From Candidatus Pelearchaeum maunauluense (lineage in GTDB: Archaea > Thermoproteota > Nitrososphaeria_A > Caldarchaeales > Caldarchaeaceae): DNA of 64,000 bases. The stretch lies in the NCBI GenBank assembly GCA_030059675.1, contig JANVYQ010000002.1, positions 32,001 through 96,000 of the forward strand, read 5' to 3'. A program made the translations under genes and the position numbers. Of the stretch, positions 1-10,681 are shown piece by piece (the first letter of the stretch is position 1; each line of letters starts with the position of its first letter). The notes beneath the pieces were generated by a model, which worked only from the letters and a program-made list of their open reading frames with translations, made no database searches and was not told where the DNA came from.

Positions 1-983
1 GGACTCCAGCGCACATCCACCTCATCAATACGCGCCCGCGGCCTAACACGGCTCTCCTCCAGGCTTATCGTCATGCCTGCCGTGTAGTAGAGTAGCCCGG
101 TCCAGGCTATCATGGCGCCGTTATCGCCTGCATACTCGTCTGGAACTATGTGTAGCTTCGCCTGATGGTCTTCGCACATCAGCCTTATCATCTCAACGAG
201 TCGCCTGCTCCTGGCTAAGCCGCCCACGAGGAGAATCTCACGCTTCTCCAAATATGCTAACGCTCGTTCAAGGACCTCCACGAGCATGCTATACACGGTC
301 TCGGTTATGCTGAGCGCGGCATCAGCCACCGCTGCGCCCTCCTCCAGAAGACGCTCTGCTGCTGTCAGCAGCCCTGAGAAGGATACATCCATCCCCTTAA
401 CCTTATAAGGGAGGCTGTGTATCTTCTTCCCTTCCCGCGCGATTATTTCTGGCTGGGGCATAGGGCCTATTCCAGCGGTTATGCCGAAGGAGTCTAGACA
501 GTTTCCAGCAGCTATGTCCAGCGTTTCCCCCAGTATCCTATACCGCCCCTCCACCAGGGCTGTTATGAGCGTATTCCCACCAGCTACATAGAGGACAACA
601 GGGTCGCGGCAGCCAGTGGCTAGCTTACCAACCTCAATATGCGCTATGCTGTGATTAACCCCCACCAGCGGTTTGCCTAGTGTTGCCGCTATAGCCCTCG
701 CCACAGTTGCGCCTGTCCTTAAGCATGGCCCCATCCCAGGGCCTATGGAGAACGCTACGACGTCAATATCGCTGGGTTTGAGTCTTGCTTTCTCTAATGC
801 TTCCCTAACCACCTCAAGTGCGTGTTTAGCATGGTGCTGCGACGCCTCGCGCGGGTGTATCCCTCCTTTCTCAGGCTTATACACCCGCATGGCGTTGGAG
901 AGTATGCTCCCATCTGACCGCGCTACCCCGACGCCGAATGTATGCGCCGTTGATTCTATGCCAAGGCAGACGACATGCCCCAA
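1..983 (-). CDS. kae1: tRNA t6A threonylcarbamoyltransferase Kae1 (runs off the left edge)
   Basis: Manual minus-strand translation: [42 protein letters not shown]; TTG start inferred at 983. Confidence 0.92.
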   Translation of the reverse strand, partial: MGHVVCLGIESTAHTFGVGVARSDGSILSNAMRVYKPEKGGIHPREASQHHAKHALEVVREALEKARLKPSDIDVVAFSIGPGMGPCLRTGATVARAIAATLGKPLVGVNHSIAHIEVGKLATGCRDPVVLYVAGGNTLITALVEGRYRILGETLDIAAGNCLDSFGITAGIGPMPQPEIIAREGKKIHSLPYKVKGMDVSFSGLLTAAERLLEEGAAVADAALSITETVYSMLVEVLERALAYLEKREILLVGGLARSRRLVEMIRLMCEDHQAKLHIVPDEYAGDNGAMIAWTGLLYYTAGMTISLEESRVRPRARIDEVDVRWS

Positions 984-1083
984 GGAGATGCCCCTTCCAA
1001 GAACGCTAGAACAGCTGAGGGAAGGTATTAGTGTTGCGAGTAGAGATGGGCCCGGTAGAGGAGAAGACGAGAGGCGCCTGGAT

Positions 1084-2859
1084 ATGCGGCTCAGACAGCC
1101 GATAGTCGTGGTTCTAGGCCACGTAGACCATGGAAAGACATCTTTACTTGACACTATGCGCGGGACCGTAGTAGCTGCACGTGAGGCTGGCGGGATTACG
1201 CAGCATATAGGCGCTAGCCTATTCCCCCTAGATGCGATAGTGGAGACGTGTAAGATTCTCTTGGGTGAGGTGAGGGCGCGTCTTGAGATTCCAGGCCTGC
1301 TCTTCATAGACACGCCAGGCCACGCGGCCTTCTCTAACCTCAGGAGGAGGGGAGGATCGGTAGCTGACATGGCTATACTGGTGGTGGATATAACGAAGGG
1401 GGTTCAAGAGCAGACGAAGGAGAGCATACACCTCCTAAGAAGCAGAAAGACACCATTCGTAGTTGCTGCCAACAAGATAGACATGATACCTGGATGGAAA
1501 CCAAACCCAGGAGCACCCTTCAAGCAGACGTTTGAGAAGCAAGCAGCGGGAGTACGCGAAGATCTGGAGAACAGGATATACACGCTCATGGGAGACCTAT
1601 CGTTCTTCGGCTTCCGCGCAGACCTCTATACACGCGTAACCTCCTTCGCCACAACTCTTGCCATAGTCCCTGTGAGCGCCAAGACTGGCGAGGGAGTGGC
1701 AGATTTGCTACTCATACTCCTAGGCCTGGCACAGCAGTTCATGAAGGAGCAGATAGCGTATCACGACGGCCCAGGCCAGGGAGTTATCCTAGAGCTGGTG
1801 GAGGAGGAAGGGCTTGGGGTTACTGCAAACGTCATACTGCATGACGGGGTTATCAAGGTTGGCGATAAGGTTGCATACGTTGGGCGTGAGGGGCCTGCGG
1901 TAACTAGGGTTAGGGCGTTGTTGATGCCCAAGCCCCTTGACGAGATGCGCGACCCGTGCGATAGGTTTAGGCATGCCGAAGAAGTTAGAGCTGCGGCTGG
2001 GGTTAAGCTTGTTGCCGACGAGCTGGATAAGGCTATTCCAGGCTCGCCTATACAGGCTGTCGCTGGTGATAATGTTGAGGAGGCTTTAGCTCGTGTTGGT
2101 GAGGAGCTTGGCGATTTCATGGTGAGGACGGATAAGACTGGGGTGGTGCTTAAGGCAGATACCTTAGGCTCGCTTGAGGCTGCGGTAGCTTATCTACGCG
2201 AGCGCGGTGTTCAGATAAGGTTTGCAGACATAGGTGATGTGGTGAAGAAGGATGTTGTGGAGGCCGGGGTGGTGAGGCAGAAAGACGAGCTGAGCGGCGT
2301 AATCTTAGCCTTCAACGTGAGAGTTGACCCAGACATAGAGCGCGACGCCAAAAGTAGGGGGATAAGAATATTCAAGGCTGATGTACTATTCAGGCTTGCA
2401 GAGGATTATCTCAACTGGGTAGACGAGCAGACGCGAATGCGGCAGTTAGCTGAGTTCAGCTCTCTCGTGAAGCCTGGTAAGATTAAGGTGTTGAAGGGGT
2501 TTGTGTTTAGGAGAAGCAATCCCGCTATCTTCGGTGTAGAGGTCTTGGGAGGTGTGATAAAGCCTGGCGATAAGCTGGTCAATAAGAGCGGCAAGACGGT
2601 AGGCTCTATTGCGCAGATACAGGATAAGGGTGTGGCGGTATCAGAGGCGCATAAGGGTGCTCAGGTGGCTGTGTCTGTGAGGGAGGCGGTTATGGGTAGG
2701 CACATCCACGAGGACGAGATACTATACGTGGCCGTCCCAGAGCGCGACGCTAGGCAGCTCATCCAAAACTACCCCCACATGCTTGATGAAGACGCCCGCA
2801 AGGCTCTTGACGAGCTTATCGAGATAATGCGCGCCTCAAACCCGCTCTGGGCTAGATAA
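1084..2859 (+). CDS. infB: Translation initiation factor aIF5B (IF-2)
   Basis: [28 protein letters not shown] motifs; ATG 1084 preferred because the longer ORF overlaps kae1. Confidence 0.97.
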   Translation: MRLRQPIVVVLGHVDHGKTSLLDTMRGTVVAAREAGGITQHIGASLFPLDAIVETCKILLGEVRARLEIPGLLFIDTPGHAAFSNLRRRGGSVADMAILVVDITKGVQEQTKESIHLLRSRKTPFVVAANKIDMIPGWKPNPGAPFKQTFEKQAAGVREDLENRIYTLMGDLSFFGFRADLYTRVTSFATTLAIVPVSAKTGEGVADLLLILLGLAQQFMKEQIAYHDGPGQGVILELVEEEGLGVTANVILHDGVIKVGDKVAYVGREGPAVTRVRALLMPKPLDEMRDPCDRFRHAEEVRAAAGVKLVADELDKAIPGSPIQAVAGDNVEEALARVGEELGDFMVRTDKTGVVLKADTLGSLEAAVAYLRERGVQIRFADIGDVVKKDVVEAGVVRQKDELSGVILAFNVRVDPDIERDAKSRGIRIFKADVLFRLAEDYLNWVDEQTRMRQLAEFSSLVKPGKIKVLKGFVFRRSNPAIFGVEVLGGVIKPGDKLVNKSGKTVGSIAQIQDKGVAVSEAHKGAQVAVSVREAVMGRHIHEDEILYVAVPERDARQLIQNYPHMLDEDARKALDELIEIMRASNPLWAR

Positions 2860-2938
2860 ACGGAGGCGCAGCGATGGCCCTGGCTGGCGGGTCATGATTT
2901 ATAAATTCGCCTGAGTTTGGCGTTGGAAGGGTTGTTGG

Positions 2939-3358
2939 ATGTCTCAGAAGACTGCCGCCGCTCCGCGGATGGTCGTGTCAGACCCGTCTACGGGGAAGGC
3001 TCAGACGGTCCAGCTTAACCCACAGCAGATGAGCCTGTTGGTGGGTAAGAGGATAGGCGAGATCATAGACGGAGCTCCCTTCGGCTTTAAGGGGGTCGTG
3101 CTCAAGATAACTGGTGGAACAGACCGCGATGGCATCCCGATGAGGCCAGACGTATCAGGGCCGCGTAAGGTTCGTGTCCTACTCTCTGGAGGGGTGGGCC
3201 TCCACCCGCGGGAGAAGAGGCCATCAAAGAGGAAGAAGAAACGTGCCAGAAGGCTTGTTAAAGGTCTGCGTAAGCGTGTAACCATTAGGGGTAATACGAT
3301 AAGCGGGGCGATAGCGCAGATTAACGTGGTGATGTTGTCCAAGGAGGGAGGTGGTTAG
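2939..3358 (+). CDS. rps6e: 30S ribosomal protein S6e
   Basis: LKITGGTDRDGIPMRPDV and RKRVTIRGN motifs. Confidence 0.95.
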   Translation: MSQKTAAAPRMVVSDPSTGKAQTVQLNPQQMSLLVGKRIGEIIDGAPFGFKGVVLKITGGTDRDGIPMRPDVSGPRKVRVLLSGGVGLHPREKRPSKRKKKRARRLVKGLRKRVTIRGNTISGAIAQINVVMLSKEGGG

Positions 3359-3360
3359 GG

Positions 3361-3645
3361 TTGGTTAATTTTATTGAGGCGGGCCAGGTGTATAACAGGC
3401 TGATTAAGAGGCATGAGTTTAAGGCTGTCGTAGAGTATGAAGCAAGCCCGCCGACGCGGAAGGAGATGGCACAGGCAATAGCCCAGCGCTTCAACGTCCC
3501 AGAGAATAGGGTCGTGATAGTTAATATGCGGTGCATGTTCGGGGCTAGGAAGATGCGTGTCCATAGCCACGTATACGATAACGAGGAGGATGTGAAGAGG
3601 TTTGAGCGCGAGTATATACTGAAGAGGAATGGGCTGGTGCAGTAG
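3361..3645 (+). CDS. rps24e: 30S ribosomal protein S24e
   Basis: [23 protein letters not shown]; lies before rps27ae. Confidence 0.88.
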   Translation: MVNFIEAGQVYNRLIKRHEFKAVVEYEASPPTRKEMAQAIAQRFNVPENRVVIVNMRCMFGARKMRVHSHVYDNEEDVKRFEREYILKRNGLVQ

Positions 3646-3647
3646 GT

Positions 3648-3809
3648 ATGGGTAAATCGGAGCTTTGGAAGAAATACGCGGTGAAGGATGGTAAGACTGA
3701 GAGGAAGCTGGTCAACTGCCCGCGCTGCGGTATAGGCTACTTCATGGCAGACCACGGAGACCGCTACGCCTGCGGTAGGTGCGGATATACGCAGTTCAAA
3801 CAGGGGTAG
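3648..3809 (+). CDS. rps27ae: 30S ribosomal protein S27ae (53 aa, not in the ORF track)
   Basis: Manual translation: [25 protein letters not shown] zinc ribbon. Confidence 0.93.
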   Translation: MGKSELWKKYAVKDGKTERKLVNCPRCGIGYFMADHGDRYACGRCGYTQFKQG

Positions 3810-4347
3810 CCCTAGCCAGCAACTCGCGTGCCTTCTCTCTAGTCTTCTCAGAAGCCCAAACTAGGACGCATCCCTTCTTAGGCTGGCCATAAGCCAGAAC
3901 TCCACCATCGCTTAAAGCTAGTATCGCGGGAAGTGCTAGTAGGTCTTCTTCCCCATCAACGAGGATAGCAACACTCCTACGCGCCTCAACAGCATCCATA
4001 ACCGCTTCAGCGGCTTCAGGAATTATAACACCAGCAGGATTCTTGACGTTTCTAACCTCGTATCCCCCAAGCTCATGCTTCCCGCCGAAGACACGACGCT
4101 CATATCTGCCATCTATTATTATAACGTCGGGCTTGACACCATGATTGACTAGGCTGCTGGAGGTTACATCACCTACAGCAACAACCATGGTTGGCTTGGA
4201 GCGTTTTATCTCCTCGGCAGCTCGTTTAGATGAGCTCTCCAAATCTCCCGCGATTAATGTTCCGAGGGGCTGGCGTAGTCTCTCCTTTAGCTCCTCAGAG
4301 AAGTATAAGGGCCTGCTGAAGATTTGCCTATCCGACTTTGACGGCAT
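3796..4347 (-). CDS. GTP-dependent dephospho-CoA kinase family (DUF359)
   Basis: [28 protein letters not shown] motifs; follows spt4. Confidence 0.88.
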   Translation of the reverse strand: MPSKSDRQIFSRPLYFSEELKERLRQPLGTLIAGDLESSSKRAAEEIKRSKPTMVVAVGDVTSSSLVNHGVKPDVIIIDGRYERRVFGGKHELGGYEVRNVKNPAGVIIPEAAEAVMDAVEARRSVAILVDGEEDLLALPAILALSDGGVLAYGQPKKGCVLVWASEKTREKARELLARATPV

Positions 4348-4528
4348 AGTGGCCTGGCTTCTTAATCTCCAGCGTCTCAGCTATCTTTGACTCCTCAGGA
4401 AGTAAAGCTATGAAGAGCCCCTGGAAGTTTGTTGTCAGGCTTGTTGAACCACAGTTATCGCATACGTTGCCAGATACTATCTTTCTACAATTCCTACAAG
4501 CGCGCTCGCGCGAGGACACAAGCAACAC
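4328..4528 (-). CDS. spt4: Transcription elongation factor Spt4 (RpoE'')
   Basis: ACRNC..CDNCGS zinc ribbon, PGHYAVKV. Confidence 0.92.
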   Translation of the reverse strand: MLLVSSRERACRNCRKIVSGNVCDNCGSTSLTTNFQGLFIALLPEESKIAETLEIKKPGHYAVKVG

Positions 4529-4588
4529 CTCACACTATATCTTCCCACAAACTAAAACAATCCTCTACTCTATTAACCTAAAACAACA

Positions 4589-4915
4589 CTAATATATTGT
4601 CTGGTCTCTTGATCTCGTCAGCGCAGTAGAAGCCCTACCCACTATTGTGACCTTTATGTTATACATCGTTGCCAGCTTGCTCGCCTGCTCCGTTATGCCT
4701 GGAACCTTAAGCTCGGCCTCCCTAATCCCCACATCAAGCATCTTTAGATAAAGTCGGAGAATATCATTCTCATCTGCCTCATATTCAAGCTGGTCAATAA
4801 CCCTCATATCGTTCCCAACGCTAACTATCTCTGTGAATTCATGGACTATCCCCGACCGGCCTACTAGAGTAGGCAATAACCCCCACCTGTTTTCTTGCGT
4901 CAAAACTGTACGCAC
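4589..4915 (-). CDS. Hypothetical protein
   Basis: 108-aa ORF with natural composition, divergent from the ACT-V4R gene. Confidence 0.5.
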   Translation of the reverse strand: MRTVLTQENRWGLLPTLVGRSGIVHEFTEIVSVGNDMRVIDQLEYEADENDILRLYLKMLDVGIREAELKVPGITEQASKLATMYNIKVTIVGRASTALTRSRDQTIY

Positions 4916-4975
4916 CTAGTTGTTTTGCTGGCTTTTATATATTCTTTAATAAGTTAAGTCATAAATATATATAGA

Positions 4976-5770
4976 TTGATGGCTCATAAGGCCCTTAATA
5001 TGACGCCGACACTCAAGAACGCTGGTTTAATGGCGCCTGAGGATGGGGAGGTTTATGAGCTCTTTATAAAGGCGCGCTCTAGGCCAGGTGTTTTGGGCGA
5101 GATAGCAACGCTCCTAGGGCGCTATAACCTAGACATACTGGGCGGCCACCTGCAGGTCCATAACAGGGACTGGGGTGTAATCGCCCTCTACGTGGATGCA
5201 TCCCAGTCGCGAGATGGGCTGGATAAAGTCTTGAAAGAGCTCCGCGGTCTTGATTTCATGATAGAGGTTGACGCAAAAGCGATGAATGAAACATTCTTTG
5301 AGCATTTCTTCTTCCCCATAACGAGTGGAGGGCATTTCAGGATATTCATCATCTCAGCCGATGCGTGGATGGCGCTTGAGGAGATGCTTCACAAGACATT
5401 CGGAACAGCAGCCGCAACATTACTCTACCACAGCGGCGTTGCCCTTGGTAAGAGAATCATAGACGAAATGAGGGAAAGAAAAACTCCTGTCAAGCTAACT
5501 GAAGCGCTACTCCGCGCCAACATAATAGCTATGCTCAGAGCATACGGAATAGGGATGGCAAAGATAGAAGATACAGCCCAGGGCTTCCATGTGGAGATAA
5601 GCGAGCCGATAATGGCTGAATGGGACGGGAAGATAGTCGACTACTTCACGATAGGGATCATGGCGGGCTCTCTAGAGGCTATATACAACGTAAACCTAGT
5701 TGCGCGTGGTGTTAAATATGATTATGCCAAGAGGATTTTATCGTTTGAGTTGGAGAGAAAAACCGCCTAA
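4976..5770 (+). CDS. ACT domain plus V4R-like domain protein
   Basis: SRPGVLGEIATLL ACT signature; C-terminal LYHSG...YGIG...GIMAGSLE V4R-like pattern. Confidence 0.7.
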   Translation: MMAHKALNMTPTLKNAGLMAPEDGEVYELFIKARSRPGVLGEIATLLGRYNLDILGGHLQVHNRDWGVIALYVDASQSRDGLDKVLKELRGLDFMIEVDAKAMNETFFEHFFFPITSGGHFRIFIISADAWMALEEMLHKTFGTAAATLLYHSGVALGKRIIDEMRERKTPVKLTEALLRANIIAMLRAYGIGMAKIEDTAQGFHVEISEPIMAEWDGKIVDYFTIGIMAGSLEAIYNVNLVARGVKYDYAKRILSFELERKTA

Positions 5771-5783
5771 GCCTGTTGCTGCT

Positions 5784-6341
5784 TTACACAGGCTCAACAG
5801 CCTTCTGCTTCTCCTCCTCTATCCACTCCAGCTTCCCGAGCATAGGCTGCCGCGTAGTCAAGCCTATCTTGCCGCTAGTCCCAGATGATAAAGAGACAAC
5901 AACTATACGCGCCCTAACATCATCACCAACCGTAAGCTTCCTACCAGTCTTCTTACCCATGAGCATGTTATGCTTCTCATCATAGCTTATGTAGTCGTCG
6001 GTTATCTGTGATATGTGTAGAAGACCATCTAGAGGCCCAACGCGTACGAAGCATCCAAACTCTGTTATCTCCACGACCTCCCCCAAGACAACTTCCTGAG
6101 ACTTGGGCAAATACGTTATGAGCTTGAAGGTGCATCTATGGTATGTGGAGCCGTCGCGGGGCAGGAGATAGCCAACGGGGTCGACGTGAGCCTCGGCCAC
6201 CAAGATTACATAGCCCAGCTCCTCATCAATCGTGCCCTCATACTGGCTCTTCAAGTTGTTTATCACTACCTCTTGGAGTGGCTTCCCAAAGTCTTTGGGG
6301 CTCACGCCGACAACATCCTGAACCTCAACGACCATAAACAC
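5784..6341 (-). CDS. rpoE1: RNA polymerase subunit Rpo7 (RpoE')
   Basis: GEVVEITEFGCFVRVGPLDGLLHISQI S1 domain, KIGLTTRQPMLGKLEW. Confidence 0.96.
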   Translation of the reverse strand: MFMVVEVQDVVGVSPKDFGKPLQEVVINNLKSQYEGTIDEELGYVILVAEAHVDPVGYLLPRDGSTYHRCTFKLITYLPKSQEVVLGEVVEITEFGCFVRVGPLDGLLHISQITDDYISYDEKHNMLMGKKTGRKLTVGDDVRARIVVVSLSSGTSGKIGLTTRQPMLGKLEWIEEEKQKAVEPV

Positions 6342-6419
6342 AGTTACAACACCGTATAGCGGCAGGGCTTGACCTTCTTAAGTATGCTCTCCTGAGCATG
6401 TAGTTTCATAATATAAGCA

Positions 6420-6806
6420 TTAGCGCGGCTCCAAGATTACGCGTGGCCTGCCAGTCTTCGAGAGCGTTACCGCTGGAATACCCTCGCCCCTAAGAGCTTG
6501 GAGAAGCTTGCGGTCAACCGTTAGGACTGGCAAGTTAAGCCTGCGGGCAGACTCCATCAACGCATCATCGGCGCTCTTGCTTGGCTCATTCTCCACCACG
6601 CCAGCCTGCGACGCCAGCTTAAGCGCGACACGCGCAAGCCGCCCCAGCCTCCCCCTACGGCCAGAAAGGCTCCTAAGCTCGTCCAACACAGCTTGGGGAA
6701 CAAGCAGCTCGACACACTCACCTAGATAATCCTCCAAGACGGCCACAAAATCACGCCCAACATCAGCGCAGAGAATAAAAAAACTACTATCTACGAGGAG
6801 CTTCAA
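6420..6806 (-). CDS. PIN-domain protein (Fcf1/Utp24-like)
   Basis: LVDSSF, AVLDEL, ADDAL, LTVD acidic PIN residues; conserved position between eif2g and rpoE1. Confidence 0.82.
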   Translation of the reverse strand: MKLLVDSSFFILCADVGRDFVAVLEDYLGECVELLVPQAVLDELRSLSGRRGRLGRLARVALKLASQAGVVENEPSKSADDALMESARRLNLPVLTVDRKLLQALRGEGIPAVTLSKTGRPRVILEPR

Positions 6807-6813
6807 CCCCCTC

Positions 6814-8058
6814 TCACGACACTATAGTCCCATACCCTATCAAACGCCACCCAGCACCAATCTTACGCGAGATAGTAACCCTCCTCCCCTCCTCGGCGCA
6901 GACGGGGCGTGTAAGCTCAACCTGAACATAGTCCTGCGCCCTCTTACTCACAACACCGCTCGTAACGGCGGAGTAGACGTTTATTACTAGGGGCTCCTTC
7001 TCGGCTATGGGCTTCACTTCTATCTCCGCGTCAACCCCTAAGACGTGTTGGAAAAGCTCATATTCTATCCTAAGACTGTTCCAGACAGGCGGGAGGGTTC
7101 CTGGCCTACCCGCCATATTGCCCACTAGCCCATCACTCTTGGCCAGGGCTGGGTCGAGGGTAGTCTCCACGCCTGTCAGGCCGCCTGACCATGCTTCGCC
7201 CACGCTCTTGCCCCCAGCCATGATATTGACAGCCTCAGTGTATAGCGGCTCGTAAGAGGAGCGCGGCTGCCCAGGCCTCGTGGGGACGCCTGGAGATATC
7301 TCAATCTCATCACCACGGCGTAGAACACCCTGCATAATGGAGCCACCTATTACCCCGCCCTTAATGCTCCGCGCAGGGGTGCCAGGCTGATTAACGTCAA
7401 ACGACCTGATAATAGGCATCCTATACGGCTTCGAAACATCACGCTCAGGTGTCGGGATATACTTCTCCATAGCATACAGGAGGGGCTCGATACCAATCCC
7501 ATGCTGGCCAGAAACAGGGATTATGGGAACCCCGCCTCGCCCAAGCCGCTCAAGATGCTGCATAATCTCCTTATAATTCCTCAAAGCCCTCTCACGGTCT
7601 ATCAAGTCAATCTTATTCTGCGCAAACACCATATTACTTATCCCTAGAATAACCGCCGCCTGCAGATGTTCGTTATCCTGAGGCTGGGGAAACCTCTGCC
7701 GCGAATCAACGACAAAAACAGCGCCGTCAAACAACGAAGCACCGCTAAGCATGGTAACCATCAACGAATGATGACCAGGACAATCAATAAAACTAACAGC
7801 CCTAACAAACTCCGTCTCTACACCATGCAGAGGGCATCGCTCGCTAGTAGTATAGTTAAAAGGCTCCTCACAAACAGGACAGCGAAAAACACCCATATCG
7901 GCATAACCGATACGAATCGTAATCCCCCGCTTCAACTCCTCACTATGCCTCCCCGTCCAAACACCAGTCAAAGCCTGAACCAAAGTACTCTTACCATTAT
8001 CCACATGCCCAAGAGTTCCGATGTTGATTTCTGGCTGTCTCGGCAATGGCTTACTCAT
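6814..8058 (-). CDS. eif2g: Translation initiation factor aIF2 gamma
   Basis: QPEINIGTLGHVDNGKST, GITIRIGYA, DCPGH, NKID, WRLIGYG. Confidence 0.97.
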   Translation of the reverse strand: MSKPLPRQPEINIGTLGHVDNGKSTLVQALTGVWTGRHSEELKRGITIRIGYADMGVFRCPVCEEPFNYTTSERCPLHGVETEFVRAVSFIDCPGHHSLMVTMLSGASLFDGAVFVVDSRQRFPQPQDNEHLQAAVILGISNMVFAQNKIDLIDRERALRNYKEIMQHLERLGRGGVPIIPVSGQHGIGIEPLLYAMEKYIPTPERDVSKPYRMPIIRSFDVNQPGTPARSIKGGVIGGSIMQGVLRRGDEIEISPGVPTRPGQPRSSYEPLYTEAVNIMAGGKSVGEAWSGGLTGVETTLDPALAKSDGLVGNMAGRPGTLPPVWNSLRIEYELFQHVLGVDAEIEVKPIAEKEPLVINVYSAVTSGVVSKRAQDYVQVELTRPVCAEEGRRVTISRKIGAGWRLIGYGTIVS

Positions 8059-8480
8059 TCAGCACCTGCTAAACATATGTTACTTATATAGGTTGAACAA
8101 CCCTACCGCGCTTAAGCTACTCTCTTCATACCCAGCTGATTAGCTCTTTAGGCGCTCTAACTGCAATGTATTCTTTGGTATAACACATTCTCAAAAAGGA
8201 CATATCTATTACTTTAATTTCATCATTTTTGGCATCTTCTCAATGTGATTTTTGGGGCTCTTAATGTTTTCAAGTAAAAATAAACTGAAAATTTACCTGC
8301 CATGCTAATAGTTAAACAAAACGAGGGATTCAGTTGTTTAAAACCAAAGGAATTTGATAATGAGAATATGCTCATTTGTTGTGAGTTGGTGTTTCTGATA
8401 TTTATGGTATTGAGTGGAGTTTGCTTGTTTTTGCTGTAGATTTTTATTTTGTTTGTTTTGTCTGTTGTTGGGTGGTTGCT

Positions 8481-9263
8481 GTGGGTAGGCTTGATGGGCG
8501 TGTTGCTGTTGTTACTGGTGGTTCGCGGGGTATTGGTCGGGCTGTTTGTCTTGCTTTGGCGCGTGAGGGTGCTGATGTTTGTGTGAATTATAATGCGTCG
8601 CGGGATGGTGCTCTTGAGGTTGTGCGTGAGATATCTGCGATGGGTAGGCGTGCTGTTGCTGTTCAGGGTGATGTGGGGGTCGCCGACGATGCTAGGGCTG
8701 TTGTGGAGAAGGCTATTGAAGAGTTTGGGGAGTTGCATATCTTGGTGAATAATGCTGGGATTCTGCTGCGGGGTAGCTTTGAGTCCATCGGTGCTGAGGG
8801 GCTGGAGAGGATGGAGCGCATTAACGTTGGTGGGGTTATCCACTGCACTGAGGCGGCGGCTAAACACATGAGAGAGAAGCGCTATGGTAAGATAATCAAC
8901 ATAGCTAGCATCGCTGGTATAGGTACGGCGGTTGAGGGAACCACCCCATACGCTATGACGAAGGCCGCTGTCATAATATTGACGAAACGCTATGCGTATG
9001 AGCTGGGCAGGTATAACATTAACGTTAATTGTATAGCCCCTGGCTATGTCTTAACAGATATGACCTCCGCTGGCAGGAGTAGGGAGGAGGTTGAGGAGCT
9101 GATAAGGACAGCTAGTCAGAAGAGTGTTTTGGGCCGTATCGGAAGACCTGAAGACATAGCTGGTGTTGTTGTCTTCCTCGCTTCCGACGAGTCGAGCTAC
9201 ATGACTGGCCAGACGTTGGTAGTTGATGGTGGTAGAGTAGATTTTCTAACGCACTCTCTCTAG
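8481..9263 (+). CDS. SDR family oxidoreductase (FabG-like)
   Basis: TGGSRGIG, NNAG, YAMTK; GTG start at 8481 inferred. Confidence 0.92.
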   Translation: MGRLDGRVAVVTGGSRGIGRAVCLALAREGADVCVNYNASRDGALEVVREISAMGRRAVAVQGDVGVADDARAVVEKAIEEFGELHILVNNAGILLRGSFESIGAEGLERMERINVGGVIHCTEAAAKHMREKRYGKIINIASIAGIGTAVEGTTPYAMTKAAVIILTKRYAYELGRYNINVNCIAPGYVLTDMTSAGRSREEVEELIRTASQKSVLGRIGRPEDIAGVVVFLASDESSYMTGQTLVVDGGRVDFLTHSL

Positions 9264-9679
9264 CTCTCCAGCTCCTCGCGCGCGAAGAATATTGCGTGCT
9301 CATACTCGTATGATTCGGTGCTGTCGCTGGCGTGTATCAGATTGTCTGTTATGTCTAGGCCATAGTCTCCCCGTATAGTGCCTGGCTCCGCCTTAACGGG
9401 GTCTGTAGCCCCTATGAGTCTGCGCACAACTTCTACCGCGCTTCTCCCTTCCCAGACCATCAGCATAACCCTCCCTGAGGTTATCACGCGTATCAAATCG
9501 TTGAAAAAGGGCTTCCCTTCATGAACTTTGTAGAGACGCCGTGCCTCTTCTTGGCTTATGTTACGCATCTTCGCCTGGACTAAGCGGAGTCCCTTCCTCT
9601 CCAGCCGTGCTATAACCTCGCCGATGAGGCCGCGTGATACGCAGCTAGGCTTTAGGATGACGAATGTCCTCTCAACCAT
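9260..9679 (-). CDS. ndk: Nucleoside diphosphate kinase
   Basis: ERTFVILKP, PGTIRGDY, NLIHASDS. Confidence 0.96.
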   Translation of the reverse strand: MVERTFVILKPSCVSRGLIGEVIARLERKGLRLVQAKMRNISQEEARRLYKVHEGKPFFNDLIRVITSGRVMLMVWEGRSAVEVVRRLIGATDPVKAEPGTIRGDYGLDITDNLIHASDSTESYEYEHAIFFAREELES

Positions 9680-9719
9680 GAAACGCGGCTGGCGCTGCTA
9701 CTATATGAATTGATATAAT

Positions 9720-9914
9720 TCAGGCCCGCCGTTCTTTCTTCCCATAGAAGGCTGTCCACTTCAGCTTTCGCGCGTCCTTGCGCTGCTCTATCATGTAAAT
9801 CCTGCATTTCCTGGAGCAGAACCAGAGCTGTGTACCATCATTCCTAACGTAGAGCATCCCCGTTCCATGCAGGAAGTCGCGGCCGCAGAAGGAGCACTTG
9901 TGGGTTGTTGGCAT
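9720..9914 (-). CDS. rpl24e: 50S ribosomal protein L24e
   Basis: [28 protein letters not shown]. Confidence 0.95.
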   Translation of the reverse strand: MPTTHKCSFCGRDFLHGTGMLYVRNDGTQLWFCSRKCRIYMIEQRKDARKLKWTAFYGKKERRA

Positions 9915-9937
9915 CTCCAAGACCACCATGCCAGACT

Positions 9938-10162
9938 CTACCTTATCTTCTCAGCCTCCCTCTCAGTGTCGAGCAGCATTAGGATATCGCCAACCCTCAC
10001 TGGGCCCTTCACATTCCTGGAAATCACGCGGCCCTCATCCTTGCCGCGTAGTATGCGCACCCTGACTTGCGTAACCTCGCCTGTAACGCCTGTCCTCCCC
10101 ACGACCTGCTCGACAACCGCTGGGACTGGTTCTTCAACCTTCGGGGGTGCCTTCTGGCTCAT
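9938..10162 (-). CDS. rps28e: 30S ribosomal protein S28e
   Basis: [27 protein letters not shown]. Confidence 0.96.
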   Translation of the reverse strand: MSQKAPPKVEEPVPAVVEQVVGRTGVTGEVTQVRVRILRGKDEGRVISRNVKGPVRVGDILMLLDTEREAEKIR

Positions 10163-10175
10163 TACGGCTCACCCT

Positions 10176-10553
10176 TTATTTCTGCTGCCTTATCTCCGCT
10201 ATCTTCTTGACTATCTCCTCTAAATATCCCTTAGCCTCGCCTGGGTCTGTTATGGAGACAGCGCTGGCTGCCACAGCTATCCCAGCGACCTCGCCCAGCT
10301 GAGCCTTTGAGGGAACGAACATGTAGGGTATCTTCTTCTCGTCGCAGAGCGTCGGTAGGAAAGCCACTATCTCGGGCGGGTCTACGTCGGTGCTTATGAC
10401 GACGAACTTGGCTTGGCCGCGCTCTATGGATTTTATCACCTCATTAACGCCCTTCCTAATCTTGCCCGATGTCCTAGCTAGTCTTACAGCCTCTAGAGTG
10501 GCGCGTGTTAGCTCTTCAGGTGGCTGGAAAGTTACGTAGTATGGATTGGGCAT
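10176..10553 (-). CDS. rpl7ae: Ribosomal protein L7Ae (K-turn binding protein)
   Basis: KIRKGVNEVIKSIERG, DVDPPEIVAFLPTLCDEK. Confidence 0.96.
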   Translation of the reverse strand: MPNPYYVTFQPPEELTRATLEAVRLARTSGKIRKGVNEVIKSIERGQAKFVVISTDVDPPEIVAFLPTLCDEKKIPYMFVPSKAQLGEVAGIAVAASAVSITDPGEAKGYLEEIVKKIAEIRQQK

Positions 10554-10681
10554 ACGCCTTCATCTCCTCCTCTTGTGAGATGGAGCACGAGTAGGCGAAT
10601 ACTTAAACCTATGCCGCTGGGATTGGCTTGTTTCGGGCTTATGCCAAACATTTTAGAGTTGGGGGCTTGAGATGTGTGGTG

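Noticed and set aside
673-1083. N-terminal extension of aIF5B
   Set aside because: It is the antisense shadow of kae1; the family N-terminus starts at 1084.
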